A stretch of DNA of 63,190 nt from Alphaproteobacteria bacterium (GTDB lineage: Bacteria; Pseudomonadota; Alphaproteobacteria; CAAHEQ01; UBA3637), in assembly GCA_051885475.1 (NCBI GenBank), contig JBJEXE010000066.1:1-63190 (forward strand), given 5' to 3'. A program made the translations under genes and the position numbers. This document shows, in pieces, positions 26,545 through 35,831 of this stretch. The notes under the pieces were generated by a model that worked only from the letters and a program-made list of their open reading frames with translations, did not search any database and had not been told where the DNA came from. Every line of letters begins with the position of its first letter. The stretch's first letter is position 1.

Positions 26545-26963
26545 GAAAAAAAGTTTTTCAGATGGTTTTTAAAAAGAAAAAAACAGAGAGATTATTTTTA
26601 TCTCTTAAAAAAATCAAGCCGAATGTCATTTTCCATCAAATGGGAAATGACAAGTTGTTGTTTACTTCCTTTCTTCATTTTACCTCTTGTTATTCTGAAT
26701 CAATCTGACACGAAGGCTTTACCTTATTTGTTGATATTTTAACAATACAGAAAAAAACTCGTATTTGATGCAGAACCTTCCATACAGGATTTTTCCACCT
26801 TTCAAGAGTTTATAATGCGTTTTCATCATCTTTTAAAAGTATCCTTATCCCTCTCCCCAAAAAAAATTTACACTTTAGTTTACAGCCTCTTAAGGACTTT
26901 TTTTTAAAAAAAATTCTTGCATCCTAAAAATAATCGTGTTAAAGTTAAAAAAGGAGAGAAAAA

Positions 26964-28187
26964 ATGGTCCGCTTTTTATTATTTTGTTGCGTCAGTGTGT
27001 TGTGTCAAGGGGCAATGGCTCAAACATCAGCCTTGGGGATTGAATGCCAAGAAGCCGTGCGGGCCGGCGAAAACATCCGAAATCCGGCCGTCTATGCGGC
27101 GTGCGGGTTTGATGAGCGGCAAAAAGCCTTTGGTGAATGGGCGCTATGGGCCGAAAAAGAAAAAGCGGGACAAGCCCTTTATGAAATCTGTGTCAGGCAC
27201 CCTGAAGCCCCTCAAGCCGAAAGGTATTGTCAAAAGGCTGTTCAATTGGGAAACGGCCCGGCTTTGGTCAGAGCCGCAAACCAAAAATATCAGCAAAAAG
27301 AGTATGCCGCAGCGGCCGGTTTTTACACGCGCGCTTTGAGCTCCCCCCTTTTGAGCGAGGCGGAAAAAGGCGACATTTCCCAAAAAATGGGGCTTCTTTA
27401 TTTAAACCCCGACAGCAATTATTATAATCCAGCCAAGGGGCTGCTCTTGATTGAACGCGCCGTCGGGCGTCGGGGCGCCGAAGCCAATAATTTAATGGGG
27501 GTCTATGCTTTATTTGGAATGCAAGGCGTGCCCCAAAATGCCGAAAAATCCTTTGAATATTTGTGGCGGGCCGTTTTATTAGGGTGTCCCGCTGCCGAAG
27601 AAAATTTAGGCCTGTGGCATTTGGCAAAGCAAAAAAAGATAAGTACTCAAACCACCCGTCAAGAAATGTCAAAACGAATGTTTTCCTGCGTTGCACCAGA
27701 ATATGTGGCGCCAGCTGAAATTCAAAAAAATAACTGCGATTGTCAGGAAGTGGCGGAGCGGGAACGCTTGGCCGGGCTTTATCCTTACCGGTTGGTGGCC
27801 GTTGCCGAAAATTTACAGGCTGCCACGGTGTTGGATCCGCAAGGTCAGCGCATCAATGCTAAGGTCGGGACTGAACTGGGCAACAAAATGAAAGTCAGTG
27901 AAATCAAAAAAAAGGCTGTCTTTTTAACCTCGGGTGGCGCACGCATGGTGTTGAATTTGGCGCCCGTGGATAATTGCCCCGAACTGTGCCGTCAACAAAA
28001 AGCAGGAAGAGCGGCTTTGGCCAAAACAATCAAGCCCTATCACTTGACTTTTACCCCCCGCGAATGTTCGGACATTTTATATTATGCCGAACGTTTGGTT
28101 GACACAAATTTGCCCTTTACCGGCAAAACCGAGTGCAGCTTTTCGGCCGAGATGGATAAAACAACCGATTTGTTGATGAACTTGTAA
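26964..28187 (+). CDS. secreted Sel1-like repeat (SLR/TPR) protein with an extra C-terminal domain
   Basis: Signal peptide MVRFLLFCCVSVLCQGAMA. Sel1-type repeats (AEANNLMGVYALFGMQGVPQNAEKSFEYLWRAVLLGCPAAEENLG). The C-terminal roughly 170 aa do not belong to the repeat region. Confidence 0.65.
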   Translation: MVRFLLFCCVSVLCQGAMAQTSALGIECQEAVRAGENIRNPAVYAACGFDERQKAFGEWALWAEKEKAGQALYEICVRHPEAPQAERYCQKAVQLGNGPALVRAANQKYQQKEYAAAAGFYTRALSSPLLSEAEKGDISQKMGLLYLNPDSNYYNPAKGLLLIERAVGRRGAEANNLMGVYALFGMQGVPQNAEKSFEYLWRAVLLGCPAAEENLGLWHLAKQKKISTQTTRQEMSKRMFSCVAPEYVAPAEIQKNNCDCQEVAERERLAGLYPYRLVAVAENLQAATVLDPQGQRINAKVGTELGNKMKVSEIKKKAVFLTSGGARMVLNLAPVDNCPELCRQQKAGRAALAKTIKPYHLTFTPRECSDILYYAERLVDTNLPFTGKTECSFSAEMDKTTDLLMNL

Positions 28188-28204
28188 TTTTTAAGACAAA
28201 AACC

Positions 28205-28233
28205 TTGACTTTTATCGCAAAAAAGACTATCTA
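28205..28233 (+). promoter_or_regulatory. sigma70-like promoter of secA
   Basis: TTGACT, 17 nt, TATCTA. Confidence 0.45.
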
Positions 28234-28270
28234 ACGCATATTATATTATTGCAACCAAAGGAAGAGCCTG

Positions 28271-30877
28271 ATGAAATTAAAATTGTTTAAGTCCGCCAAT
28301 GAAAGATATTTAAAAAAATTTGATAAAGTTATAAAAAAAATCAATGCCTTAGAGCCAGAAATTCAAGCATTAACTGATGCTGAATTGGCCGCAAAAACAA
28401 CAGAATTTAAAGAACGGCTGAAACAAGGAGAAACTTTAAAAGAGTTATTACCAGAAGCCTTTGGGGTCGTGAGAGAAGCCGCCAAACGGACTTTGGGGTT
28501 GCGTCCTTTTGACGTGCAATTATTGGGGGGAATGGTTTTATTTGATGACAAAATCGCCGAAATGCGTACCGGCGAAGGAAAAACTTTGGTTGCCACCCTG
28601 CCCGTTTATTTAAACGCCCTGACAGGAAAAGGGGTTCACGTTGTGACGGTCAATGATTATTTGGCCAGCCGAGACAGCGAGTGGATGGGGAAAATCTATC
28701 GTTTTTTGGGAATGAGTGTGGGCTGTATTGTCGCCAATATGCCCAATGACAAACGCCGGGAAGCCTATGCGTGCGATATCACCTATGGGACAAATAATGA
28801 ATTCGGCTTTGATTACCTGCGCGACAATATGTGCTTTTCAAAAGCCGAAATGGTTCAACGTCCCTTTCATTACGCCATTGTAGATGAAGTGGATTCCATT
28901 TTAATTGATGAAGCCAGAACACCTTTGATTATTTCGGGACGGGCCGAAGATTCGTCTGACAAATACAAAGCCGTGGATGCCATTATGATTCATATTCGTC
29001 CTGAACATTATGAAAAAGATGAAAAACATAAGAATGTAACTTTGACAGAATTGGGAACAGAATTTGTAGAAAACGCTTTACGAGAAGCCGGGTTGATGAC
29101 AGGTTCATTATATGATACAGCCAATATTCCCTTGGTGCATTATGTGGAACAAGCCTTGCGCGCTCATACTTTATTTAACAAAGATGTGGATTACATTGTC
29201 AAAGACGGCAAGGTGATGATTATTGATGAATTTACGGGCCGTATTATGGACGGACGTCGGTATTCCAACGGTTTGCATCAGGCCTTGGAAGCCAAAGAAG
29301 GCGTCATGATTCAACCGGAAAATCAAACACTGGCCAGTATTACTTTTCAAAATTATTTCCGGATGTATCCCCATTTAGCCGGAATGACCGGAACAGCTTT
29401 GACGGAAGCTGCCGAATTTGATGATATTTATAAGCTGATTGTTATTGATGTGCCGACCAACAAACCTTTGGCACGCAAAGATGAACACGATGTGATTTTC
29501 AGAACAGCTGCCGAAAAATATGATGCCATTATCAAGGACATTGAAGAAGCCCATCGGCGGGGACAACCGATTTTGGTGGGCACAACCTCCATTGAAAAAT
29601 CGGAAATTTTGGCAAAACTGTTAAAAGAAAAAACCAATCTGTCATTCAACGTGCTCAATGCACGCCACCACGAACAAGAGGCTCAGATTATTGCTCAAGC
29701 AGGTGTCCCAGGCGCCATTACCATTGCGACCAATATGGCCGGACGCGGAACGGATATTCAGCTGGGGGGCAACTTTGATATGCGTTTGAAGGCTGAATTG
29801 GAAAAAAATCCGGAAGCTAACCCAGAAGAATTAAGTGATAAAATTCATAATGAAATTGCGGCAGCCAAGGAAGTGGCTTTGAAGGCCGGAGGATTATATG
29901 TGTTGGGCTCAGAGCGGCACGAAAGTCGCCGAATTGACAACCAATTACGGGGACGTTCCGGACGTCAGGGAGACCCGGGATTATCCAAATTTTATGTGTC
30001 TTTGGAAGATGATCTGATGCGGATTTTCGGAAGTGAGCGCATCGGACGTATTTTACAAACAATGGGCTTGAAACAAGGCCAATCCATTGTTCATCCTTGG
30101 ATTAGTAAAGCCATTGCCAAAGCACAACAAAAAGTAGAATCTTTCCATTTTGATGTCCGTAAAAACTTGCTGAAATATGATGACGTGATGAATGAACAAC
30201 GCAAGATTATCTATGAACAACGCCGGCAATTATTGGAAACTGATTCAGTCCACGATATTATCGGGGATATGCGCAAAGATGCCTTTGAAAGTGTGATTTA
30301 TTCTTTGGCCCCCGAACGCTCGGTTCCGGATGATTGGGATGCCGAAGCTTTACGGCAAGCTGTTTTACAACTGACCAATATTGACATTCCCTTTGATTCT
30401 TGGAAAGCCGAACCCGGCATGACTCCGGAAGAAATGGTGGAACGCCTGTGCAAAAAAGCAGAAGAAGTTCAGAATCAAAAATGGGCAGAACTTCCCCAAA
30501 AGACACGTGATGAGCTGGAACGTTCCTTGTTGGTGCAATCAGTGGATCAACTGTGGAAAGAACATTTGCAGAGTTTGGATTTTATGAAAACCTCTATCGG
30601 GCTGCGTGCTTATGGGCAGAAAAATCCGTTAAACGAATATAAACACGATGCCTTTATTTTGTTCCAAAATATGCTGGAGCGCATTCGGGAACGTATTTGT
30701 CAGGTGATGGCTTTTTCAGAACTGCGTGTGAAACAGGCTGAGCAGGAAAAAACCCCTGCGACACCGGCAAAAGAAGAACCAGCGAAACAACAGGAAAATT
30801 TGGACATTCCTCGCAATGCCCCCTGCCCTTGCGGCTCAGGGAAAAAGTATAAGCATTGTTGCGGAAAATTAGCTTGA
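28271..30877 (+). CDS. secA: preprotein translocase ATPase SecA
   Basis: 868 aa. Walker [27 protein letters not shown], and the C-terminal zinc motif [14 protein letters not shown]. Confidence 0.97.
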   Translation: MKLKLFKSANERYLKKFDKVIKKINALEPEIQALTDAELAAKTTEFKERLKQGETLKELLPEAFGVVREAAKRTLGLRPFDVQLLGGMVLFDDKIAEMRTGEGKTLVATLPVYLNALTGKGVHVVTVNDYLASRDSEWMGKIYRFLGMSVGCIVANMPNDKRREAYACDITYGTNNEFGFDYLRDNMCFSKAEMVQRPFHYAIVDEVDSILIDEARTPLIISGRAEDSSDKYKAVDAIMIHIRPEHYEKDEKHKNVTLTELGTEFVENALREAGLMTGSLYDTANIPLVHYVEQALRAHTLFNKDVDYIVKDGKVMIIDEFTGRIMDGRRYSNGLHQALEAKEGVMIQPENQTLASITFQNYFRMYPHLAGMTGTALTEAAEFDDIYKLIVIDVPTNKPLARKDEHDVIFRTAAEKYDAIIKDIEEAHRRGQPILVGTTSIEKSEILAKLLKEKTNLSFNVLNARHHEQEAQIIAQAGVPGAITIATNMAGRGTDIQLGGNFDMRLKAELEKNPEANPEELSDKIHNEIAAAKEVALKAGGLYVLGSERHESRRIDNQLRGRSGRQGDPGLSKFYVSLEDDLMRIFGSERIGRILQTMGLKQGQSIVHPWISKAIAKAQQKVESFHFDVRKNLLKYDDVMNEQRKIIYEQRRQLLETDSVHDIIGDMRKDAFESVIYSLAPERSVPDDWDAEALRQAVLQLTNIDIPFDSWKAEPGMTPEEMVERLCKKAEEVQNQKWAELPQKTRDELERSLLVQSVDQLWKEHLQSLDFMKTSIGLRAYGQKNPLNEYKHDAFILFQNMLERIRERICQVMAFSELRVKQAEQEKTPATPAKEEPAKQQENLDIPRNAPCPCGSGKKYKHCCGKLA

Positions 30878-31477
30878 GTTTTTTTGCCAATTCTGATCGG
30901 CAAATTCCCAGTTGAGTAAATTTTGGACAATACCTTCCAAATAATCTTTGCGCAGGTTTTGATAATCCAAATAATAGGCATGTTCCCAAACATCCAAACA
31001 CAAAAGAGGAACCAAATCAGGCTTGACCAAAGGGGTATCAGCATTGGCCGTTGTGATAACCCGTAAATCCCCCTTGCCAGCAACCAACCACACCCAACCG
31101 GAAGCGAATTGATTTAAGCCTTTTTCAATCAGGATATTTTGAAGTTCTGTTAAACTGCCAAAAGTTTTGCTGATTTTATCCAACAATTCTGCCGAAGGTT
31201 GATGTTTTTGCGCATCAGGCGTCAAGGAGTGCCAATAAAACGTATGATTCCAAGTTTGAGCTGCATTATTAAATAACTTGGTGTAAATTGTATCACTGGC
31301 TGATGTCAGAATAATTTGTTCCAACGATTTATTTTCTAGATCGCTCCCTTTAATCAATGTATTCACCGTGTTCACATAACCGGCGTGATGTTTTTCGTAA
31401 TGAAAGCGCAAAGTCTTTTCCGAAACAATCGGAGCCAGTGCAGTAAAGTCATAGGGTAATTGTGGTAATGTAATCAT
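30869..31477 (-). CDS. sodB: Fe/Mn-family superoxide dismutase
   Basis: [16 protein letters not shown] and [13 protein letters not shown] motifs. Confidence 0.9.
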   Translation of the reverse strand: MITLPQLPYDFTALAPIVSEKTLRFHYEKHHAGYVNTVNTLIKGSDLENKSLEQIILTSASDTIYTKLFNNAAQTWNHTFYWHSLTPDAQKHQPSAELLDKISKTFGSLTELQNILIEKGLNQFASGWVWLVAGKGDLRVITTANADTPLVKPDLVPLLCLDVWEHAYYLDYQNLRKDYLEGIVQNLLNWEFADQNWQKNSS

Positions 31478-31612
31478 TTTTTCCTCCCTTCAATAATAAA
31501 GAGGAAAAAAGTAAAATTGTCAAGTCCCCACTTGAATATGTCTTAAAGATTTTATCATCAAGTGGTAAATAAAAAGCCGCCCCCCCCCCTCAAAAGGGGT
31601 ATGAAATTTTTC

Positions 31613-31641
31613 TTGATTTTTACGGAAAAGTTTGCTAGAAT
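31613..31641 (+). promoter_or_regulatory. sigma70-like promoter of tRNA-Leu(GAG)
   Basis: TTGATT, 17 nt, TAGAAT, ending 9 nt before the tRNA 5' end. Confidence 0.5.
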
Positions 31642-31650
31642 GGATGCGTT

Positions 31651-31735
<85 letters not shown>

Positions 31736-31948
31736 AATTTTTATTGTTGACTTTTCCATTCGTTAGATAGCAGATACATAATTGTAAACTTTTCAACCAT
31801 TCCTTTCAGGTGGTAAATGTTTTTAATAGGAAAAGTAAGGGGGGGCATATCTTTGTATTATATGGATTTTTTGGTCATTTCACGCTTGACAAGAAAAAGG
31901 GTGAAACACACCTGTTAGTTGTTATCAACCAACAAAAAGGAGTAAAAA

Positions 31949-32224
31949 ATGAAATTAAAAACTAAAATGAATCAAGATTCAAATTCTTTAACAGACAAAG
32001 AAAAAGCTCTGTTGAAAGAGGAAATTCGCGAGGCTTGGCCAGAATTTCCTGAGGAAATGAAACGCTTTATCTTTGAAACCAAAAAACAAAAATTACAAAG
32101 TCTGTATATGATGGAATCTTGGGCAAAAGAAAACGGTCATACAACTATCGTTGATTTAATTGCCAGACGCATTGCCCACAAAGAAGCCAAGATAGCACGT
32201 CTGAAAGAAGAACTGGATTCATAA
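31949..32224 (+). CDS. hypothetical small protein (91 aa)
   Basis: ORF preceded by an AAAGGAG RBS. Charged, helical-looking sequence with no recognised motif. Confidence 0.35.
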   Translation: MKLKTKMNQDSNSLTDKEKALLKEEIREAWPEFPEEMKRFIFETKKQKLQSLYMMESWAKENGHTTIVDLIARRIAHKEAKIARLKEELDS

Positions 32225-32249
32225 AAATTTATTAAATGAAAGGAAGAAA

Positions 32250-32486
32250 ATGAAAAATTCTTATCAAAAACAAAATTATGCTTTGGGAAACGGCCTTTTC
32301 CTTTCTGAAAGGCAAGTGGCCGTTTTAAAAGAATTGGCACAAGGAAAATCCAATAAGCAAATTGCGCATGTTTTGGGCGTCGCCGAACCCACCATTAAAA
32401 TGCACGTCAGTGCAATGCTTCGGGCGTTTGGTGTTCAAAACCGTGTTCAAATTTTACTGAAAGCCAATGAAAAAGGATTCATCTAA
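32250..32486 (+). CDS. stand-alone LuxR/GerE-type HTH DNA-binding protein
   Basis: LSERQVAVLKELAQGKSNKQIAHVLGVAEPTIKMHVSAMLRAFGVQNRVQ is a canonical GerE HTH. The 78-aa protein has no receiver or ligand domain. Confidence 0.75.
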   Translation: MKNSYQKQNYALGNGLFLSERQVAVLKELAQGKSNKQIAHVLGVAEPTIKMHVSAMLRAFGVQNRVQILLKANEKGFI

Positions 32487-32508
32487 AAAGAAATCCATTA
32501 TTTTTTTG

Positions 32509-32557
32509 TTGACAAACCTGTTATTTGTGGTAGACTAGACCTTAGAATAACAGGTTT
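32509..32557 (+). promoter_or_regulatory. promoter overlapped by a perfect 12-bp inverted repeat (candidate operator) upstream of the ankyrin gene
   Basis: TTGACA (32509-32514) and TAGACT (32531-32536). The inverted repeat is AAACCTGTTATT (32514-32525) / AATAACAGGTTT (32546-32557). Confidence 0.4.
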
Positions 32558-32579
32558 ATTTATAGCAAAAGGATTGTAG

Positions 32580-35500
32580 ATGGCAGAAATAAACGACATC
32601 ACCAAAGAATTTATCAGTCAAAACTATGCGACTTTGACACCGGAACGCATCCGCGAGTATCACAAAAAAGGGGCGGATTTGAATGCCTTGTGGCGGGACG
32701 GCTCTGCTTTGTTGCACAAATTGTGTGCATTGAGTCAAGATGATATCGCTTCTTTAGGATTATCAGGCAGCCTGCAGGCTTTGTTGGAATGCGGTGCAGA
32801 CCCCAATTTAAAAGATGCCAAGGGCCGGACAATTCTTGATTACCTGAAAAAAGGAGGTATTGAAGATCAAGAAGAAAAAAAAGCTTTGTTGAAAAAATAC
32901 GCTGCAGACATTTTGGAAGCTGTGTATGAAAAATCCCCTGCTACTCCAGAGGCCATTGCAACACCCCAAGAAGAGACTAAAAAAGAAGAGAAAAAAATGA
33001 TTGATACAAATAAAGATCCGAATTCCTTGACACCAGAAGAAGCGACGGAAAAGCTGAAGAAATTGCATTGGACAAGTATGAATGCTGATATGATCAGAAA
33101 ATACCTTGATGCCGGTGCAGATATAAATGTCAAAAATGATAACGGACACACCTTATTGACAACATTGCTCGGCCAAAATGTAGAAAGTGAAAGAGAATTT
33201 GCAAAAGAGATGTTGGCAAGAGGGGCTGATCCTAATTTAAAAAATGAACACGGCTTTGATCCATTGCATTATGCATTAGCAACTCACTCTTTGGAGAATT
33301 TAAAACTGTTAGCAGAAAATAAGGGGGATTTTTTAAGCACGCCTAAAGAACAGTTTTTCAAATATTTAAAAGGGAACCAAGAAGCCTTGGATTTTGTTGA
33401 AGAAATAATCAAGAAGCAAGGCCAAGAAAAAAGAGAATCTGAAACGGAAAAGGATAATGTTGTGGAATTGTCAGAGGCGGACTATACTATTACTCCTCAA
33501 TCTGAAATTCAAACCCAGTCCAGGAAACCTTCTGAAGCAGAATTTGCCGTAGAACAATTCAGAAAGATGAAACTTTATGGAAAAGAGGGTATTCTTTTAG
33601 GTCTAAACGATAGGGAACAAATAAAAAGATTGATAGAAAAGGGCTTAGATATCAACGCCGACTGGAACCCTAAGGAAAATCTGACTTTAGCACACTTAGC
33701 CGCCGTTGTAGGGAATAAAGAAGCTATGCAAATGCTGGACGAGATGGGAATTGATTGGAATCAAATTTGGCTCCACAATAATTTAGAATTTACAACGGCT
33801 CATTTGGCAGCACAATATAACAAAAATAATGAAGCACTGAAATTTTTAATCGGAAAAGTGGATTTTTATGCAAAAGATAAAGACGGCAAAAGTGCTTTAG
33901 ATTACATTCAATCCCCAGAAAAAAGAGCTGAAATAGAAGAGCTGATACGTAAGAGTGCAGAAAATAAGGTGGACAATGTTGTAAATCCTGAAGAACAAAA
34001 AAAACAAGCCGAGCCATCTGCCCCAGAAAATAACAACCACTCCGTTGATCCGAATGATAATGGGGAGCAAGAAGAGGGAGAAAAAAATAATAACAAGACC
34101 CCAGATCATCCCGTAAAAACAAATGATGATGGGGAACAAGACGAAGGAGAAAAAAATAATAACAAGACCCCAGATCATCCCGTAAATACGAATGATGATG
34201 GAGAACAAGATGAAGGAGAAAAAAAACAGTCTCCCACCGAAAATCAGCAAGAAAATGACACTCAGGACAATAAAAATGAGGCCCCCAAAAATGAGGCGCC
34301 CAAACAAGAAGAAAAAACTGAAGGGCGTTCAATATCCAAAGCCTTAAAAAACGCAACAGACACTTTCTTTGCCAATGTGTTCGGAGCAAATCATAAAACA
34401 GCCGAAGATTTTGCTCAAGCCATGTTATTCAACGTCTTGGCTTTCCCGTTGGAGGCGTTGGGAAATTACCTGTCACAAGAGGAAAAAAAGAAGCTGGATA
34501 AACTGGCCCAAAAAATCAATGAAAACGCCAAGCAACAGCCCTTATCCGAAGATGAACAGCGCCTGAAAAACATTATCAAATTGCAGTATTTAATGATGGC
34601 ACGCGATCCGGAAGCTTTCAAAGAACTGTATGCCGGAAAAGAAAGAATAACGCCTGAAGAAGTTGAAGGCTTTTTAAAGAACAATCCGGATTTACAAAAA
34701 CGGATGGAAAAGAATTTGGGGGAAATCGCCCAAGATCCTGAAGGCAGAGCCCTGATTGAAGCCCTATTCCCCGAAGGCTACAACGGTCGATTTTCCAAAG
34801 AAGATTTAATCGGTATTTTAACCGGACGTTTGGGGCAACAAAAACAAAATGAAAACGGTAAAAAAACCGAAGGAAAAGAGGATAACCTCAATCCACATAT
34901 TGACGGTTCCACAAATCCGCCACAAAAGCAGGCTGCAAGTCCGACGGGCACGCCGACACCAACACCTGCTCCATCAGCCTCGAAAACAAGTTCGGGGCCA
35001 ACACCTACTCCGGCGGCACCGAAAACAAGTTCGGGACCAACACCTGACCCGGCGGCACCAAAAGCACCGAAAACAAGTTCAGGACCAACACCTACCCCGG
35101 CAGCACCAAAAACAAGTTCAGGACCAACACCTGCTCCGGCGGCACCGAAAACAAGTTCGGGACCAACACCTGACCCGGTGGCACCAAAAGCACCAGATGC
35201 AAGTTCAGGGAAAACACCTGACCCGGCAGCACCAAAAGGAAAGCCAAAGAGGACTCCCGGAAAAAAATCGGCATCTCCCACCATAGGTAAAGGAAAAGGA
35301 GATGAATTCATTTTTGTAAAAGGAAAAGATGGAATAGTTCATTGGAAACCAGCTCCTCCTGTGCCACCAGTTGTGCCTCCAAAGGGGAAGCAGGCAGAAG
35401 AGCAAAAAGGCAATTCGCCGTTCACTTTGCCCGGCAACATCAGTCAAAAATCCAAAGATAAAATCATGGGCCTTTATGACCAAGTAAAGAAAGCCCCAAA

Positions 35501-35813
35501 TGCGGATAAAATAAAGCCTATTTTTGAAGAATTTATGCGTTCAAAAGAAGGAAGCTTTACGCAAAAGGCGAATGCTTGGGATTTGGCCCAGAATCACAGT
35601 GAAGAATTAAATCGTCTGAAGGATAAGTTGGGACGCTTTAATCACAGCTTAATGCAAAAAGAGCTTAATAAACTGAACGAAGGGAAAAAGAAAAACGAAC
35701 TATTAGATGCGGATACGATGAAACAAGCTTGGGGGCTTAAAAAACGTTTAGAGGCAGCTTCCAAGGCGGGCGCTCCTCATCAAAAAGACCCAAAAGGCCA
35801 TGATGGACTTTAA
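32580..35813 (+). CDS. giant ankyrin-repeat protein with internal tandem repeats and a Pro-rich region (effector-like)
   Basis: 1077 aa. Several ANK units (GADLNALWRDGSALLH, GADPNLKDAKGRTILDY, GADINVKNDNGHTLL, GADPNLKNEHGFDPLHYA, LAHLAAVVGNKEAMQML). Acidic 23-aa repeats and KTSSGPTPxPAAP repeats follow. Confidence 0.8.
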   Translation: MAEINDITKEFISQNYATLTPERIREYHKKGADLNALWRDGSALLHKLCALSQDDIASLGLSGSLQALLECGADPNLKDAKGRTILDYLKKGGIEDQEEKKALLKKYAADILEAVYEKSPATPEAIATPQEETKKEEKKMIDTNKDPNSLTPEEATEKLKKLHWTSMNADMIRKYLDAGADINVKNDNGHTLLTTLLGQNVESEREFAKEMLARGADPNLKNEHGFDPLHYALATHSLENLKLLAENKGDFLSTPKEQFFKYLKGNQEALDFVEEIIKKQGQEKRESETEKDNVVELSEADYTITPQSEIQTQSRKPSEAEFAVEQFRKMKLYGKEGILLGLNDREQIKRLIEKGLDINADWNPKENLTLAHLAAVVGNKEAMQMLDEMGIDWNQIWLHNNLEFTTAHLAAQYNKNNEALKFLIGKVDFYAKDKDGKSALDYIQSPEKRAEIEELIRKSAENKVDNVVNPEEQKKQAEPSAPENNNHSVDPNDNGEQEEGEKNNNKTPDHPVKTNDDGEQDEGEKNNNKTPDHPVNTNDDGEQDEGEKKQSPTENQQENDTQDNKNEAPKNEAPKQEEKTEGRSISKALKNATDTFFANVFGANHKTAEDFAQAMLFNVLAFPLEALGNYLSQEEKKKLDKLAQKINENAKQQPLSEDEQRLKNIIKLQYLMMARDPEAFKELYAGKERITPEEVEGFLKNNPDLQKRMEKNLGEIAQDPEGRALIEALFPEGYNGRFSKEDLIGILTGRLGQQKQNENGKKTEGKEDNLNPHIDGSTNPPQKQAASPTGTPTPTPAPSASKTSSGPTPTPAAPKTSSGPTPDPAAPKAPKTSSGPTPTPAAPKTSSGPTPAPAAPKTSSGPTPDPVAPKAPDASSGKTPDPAAPKGKPKRTPGKKSASPTIGKGKGDEFIFVKGKDGIVHWKPAPPVPPVVPPKGKQAEEQKGNSPFTLPGNISQKSKDKIMGLYDQVKKAPNADKIKPIFEEFMRSKEGSFTQKANAWDLAQNHSEELNRLKDKLGRFNHSLMQKELNKLNEGKKKNELLDADTMKQAWGLKKRLEAASKAGAPHQKDPKGHDGL
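34053..34226 (+). repeat. 69-nt in-frame tandem repeat, about 2.5 copies (NDxGEQxEGEKNNNKTPDHPVxT)
   Basis: Units at 34053-34121 and 34122-34190 are near-identical. A partial third unit follows. Confidence 0.85.
34953..35240 (+). repeat. 39/48-nt in-frame tandem repeats encoding KTSSGPTP(T/D/A)PAAP(KAP), about 6 copies
   Basis: Units start at 34983, 35022, 35070, 35109 and 35148, with a degenerate unit at 35196. Confidence 0.85.
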
Positions 35814-35831
35814 GCGTTTAAGGGGGGAGAA

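Noticed and set aside
26917-27339. 140-aa basic ORF overlapping the 5' end of the Sel1-repeat gene in another frame
   Set aside because: It is out of frame with a gene that has a clear signal peptide and repeat motifs. Its Lys/Arg-rich translation is typical of a frame-shifted reading of an A-rich region.
34053-35240. Regularly spaced direct repeats that could be mistaken for a CRISPR array
   Set aside because: The units are contiguous, with no unique spacers. They are in frame inside a long ORF and encode sensible peptide repeats. No cas genes are present.
34778-35311. 177-aa antisense ORF (Gly/Ala/Val-rich), plus other antisense or alternative-frame ORFs such as 6750-7370, 6827-7306, 8223-8453, 33790-34389 and 17067-17321
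   Set aside because: They lie wholly inside strongly supported genes (the ankyrin protein, rpsA, the glycine-zipper lipoprotein, a VirB6-like gene). Their low-complexity translations mirror the sense-strand repeats or composition. None has an RBS or any motif.
35330-35500. WH2-like actin-binding motif after the Pro-rich tract of the ankyrin protein (KDKIMGLYDQVKKAP), which would suggest a RickA/Sca2-style actin nucleator
   Set aside because: The core LKKV/LxxxIxxG pattern matches only partially (QVKKA). A single weak motif in a Lys-rich region is not sufficient evidence.
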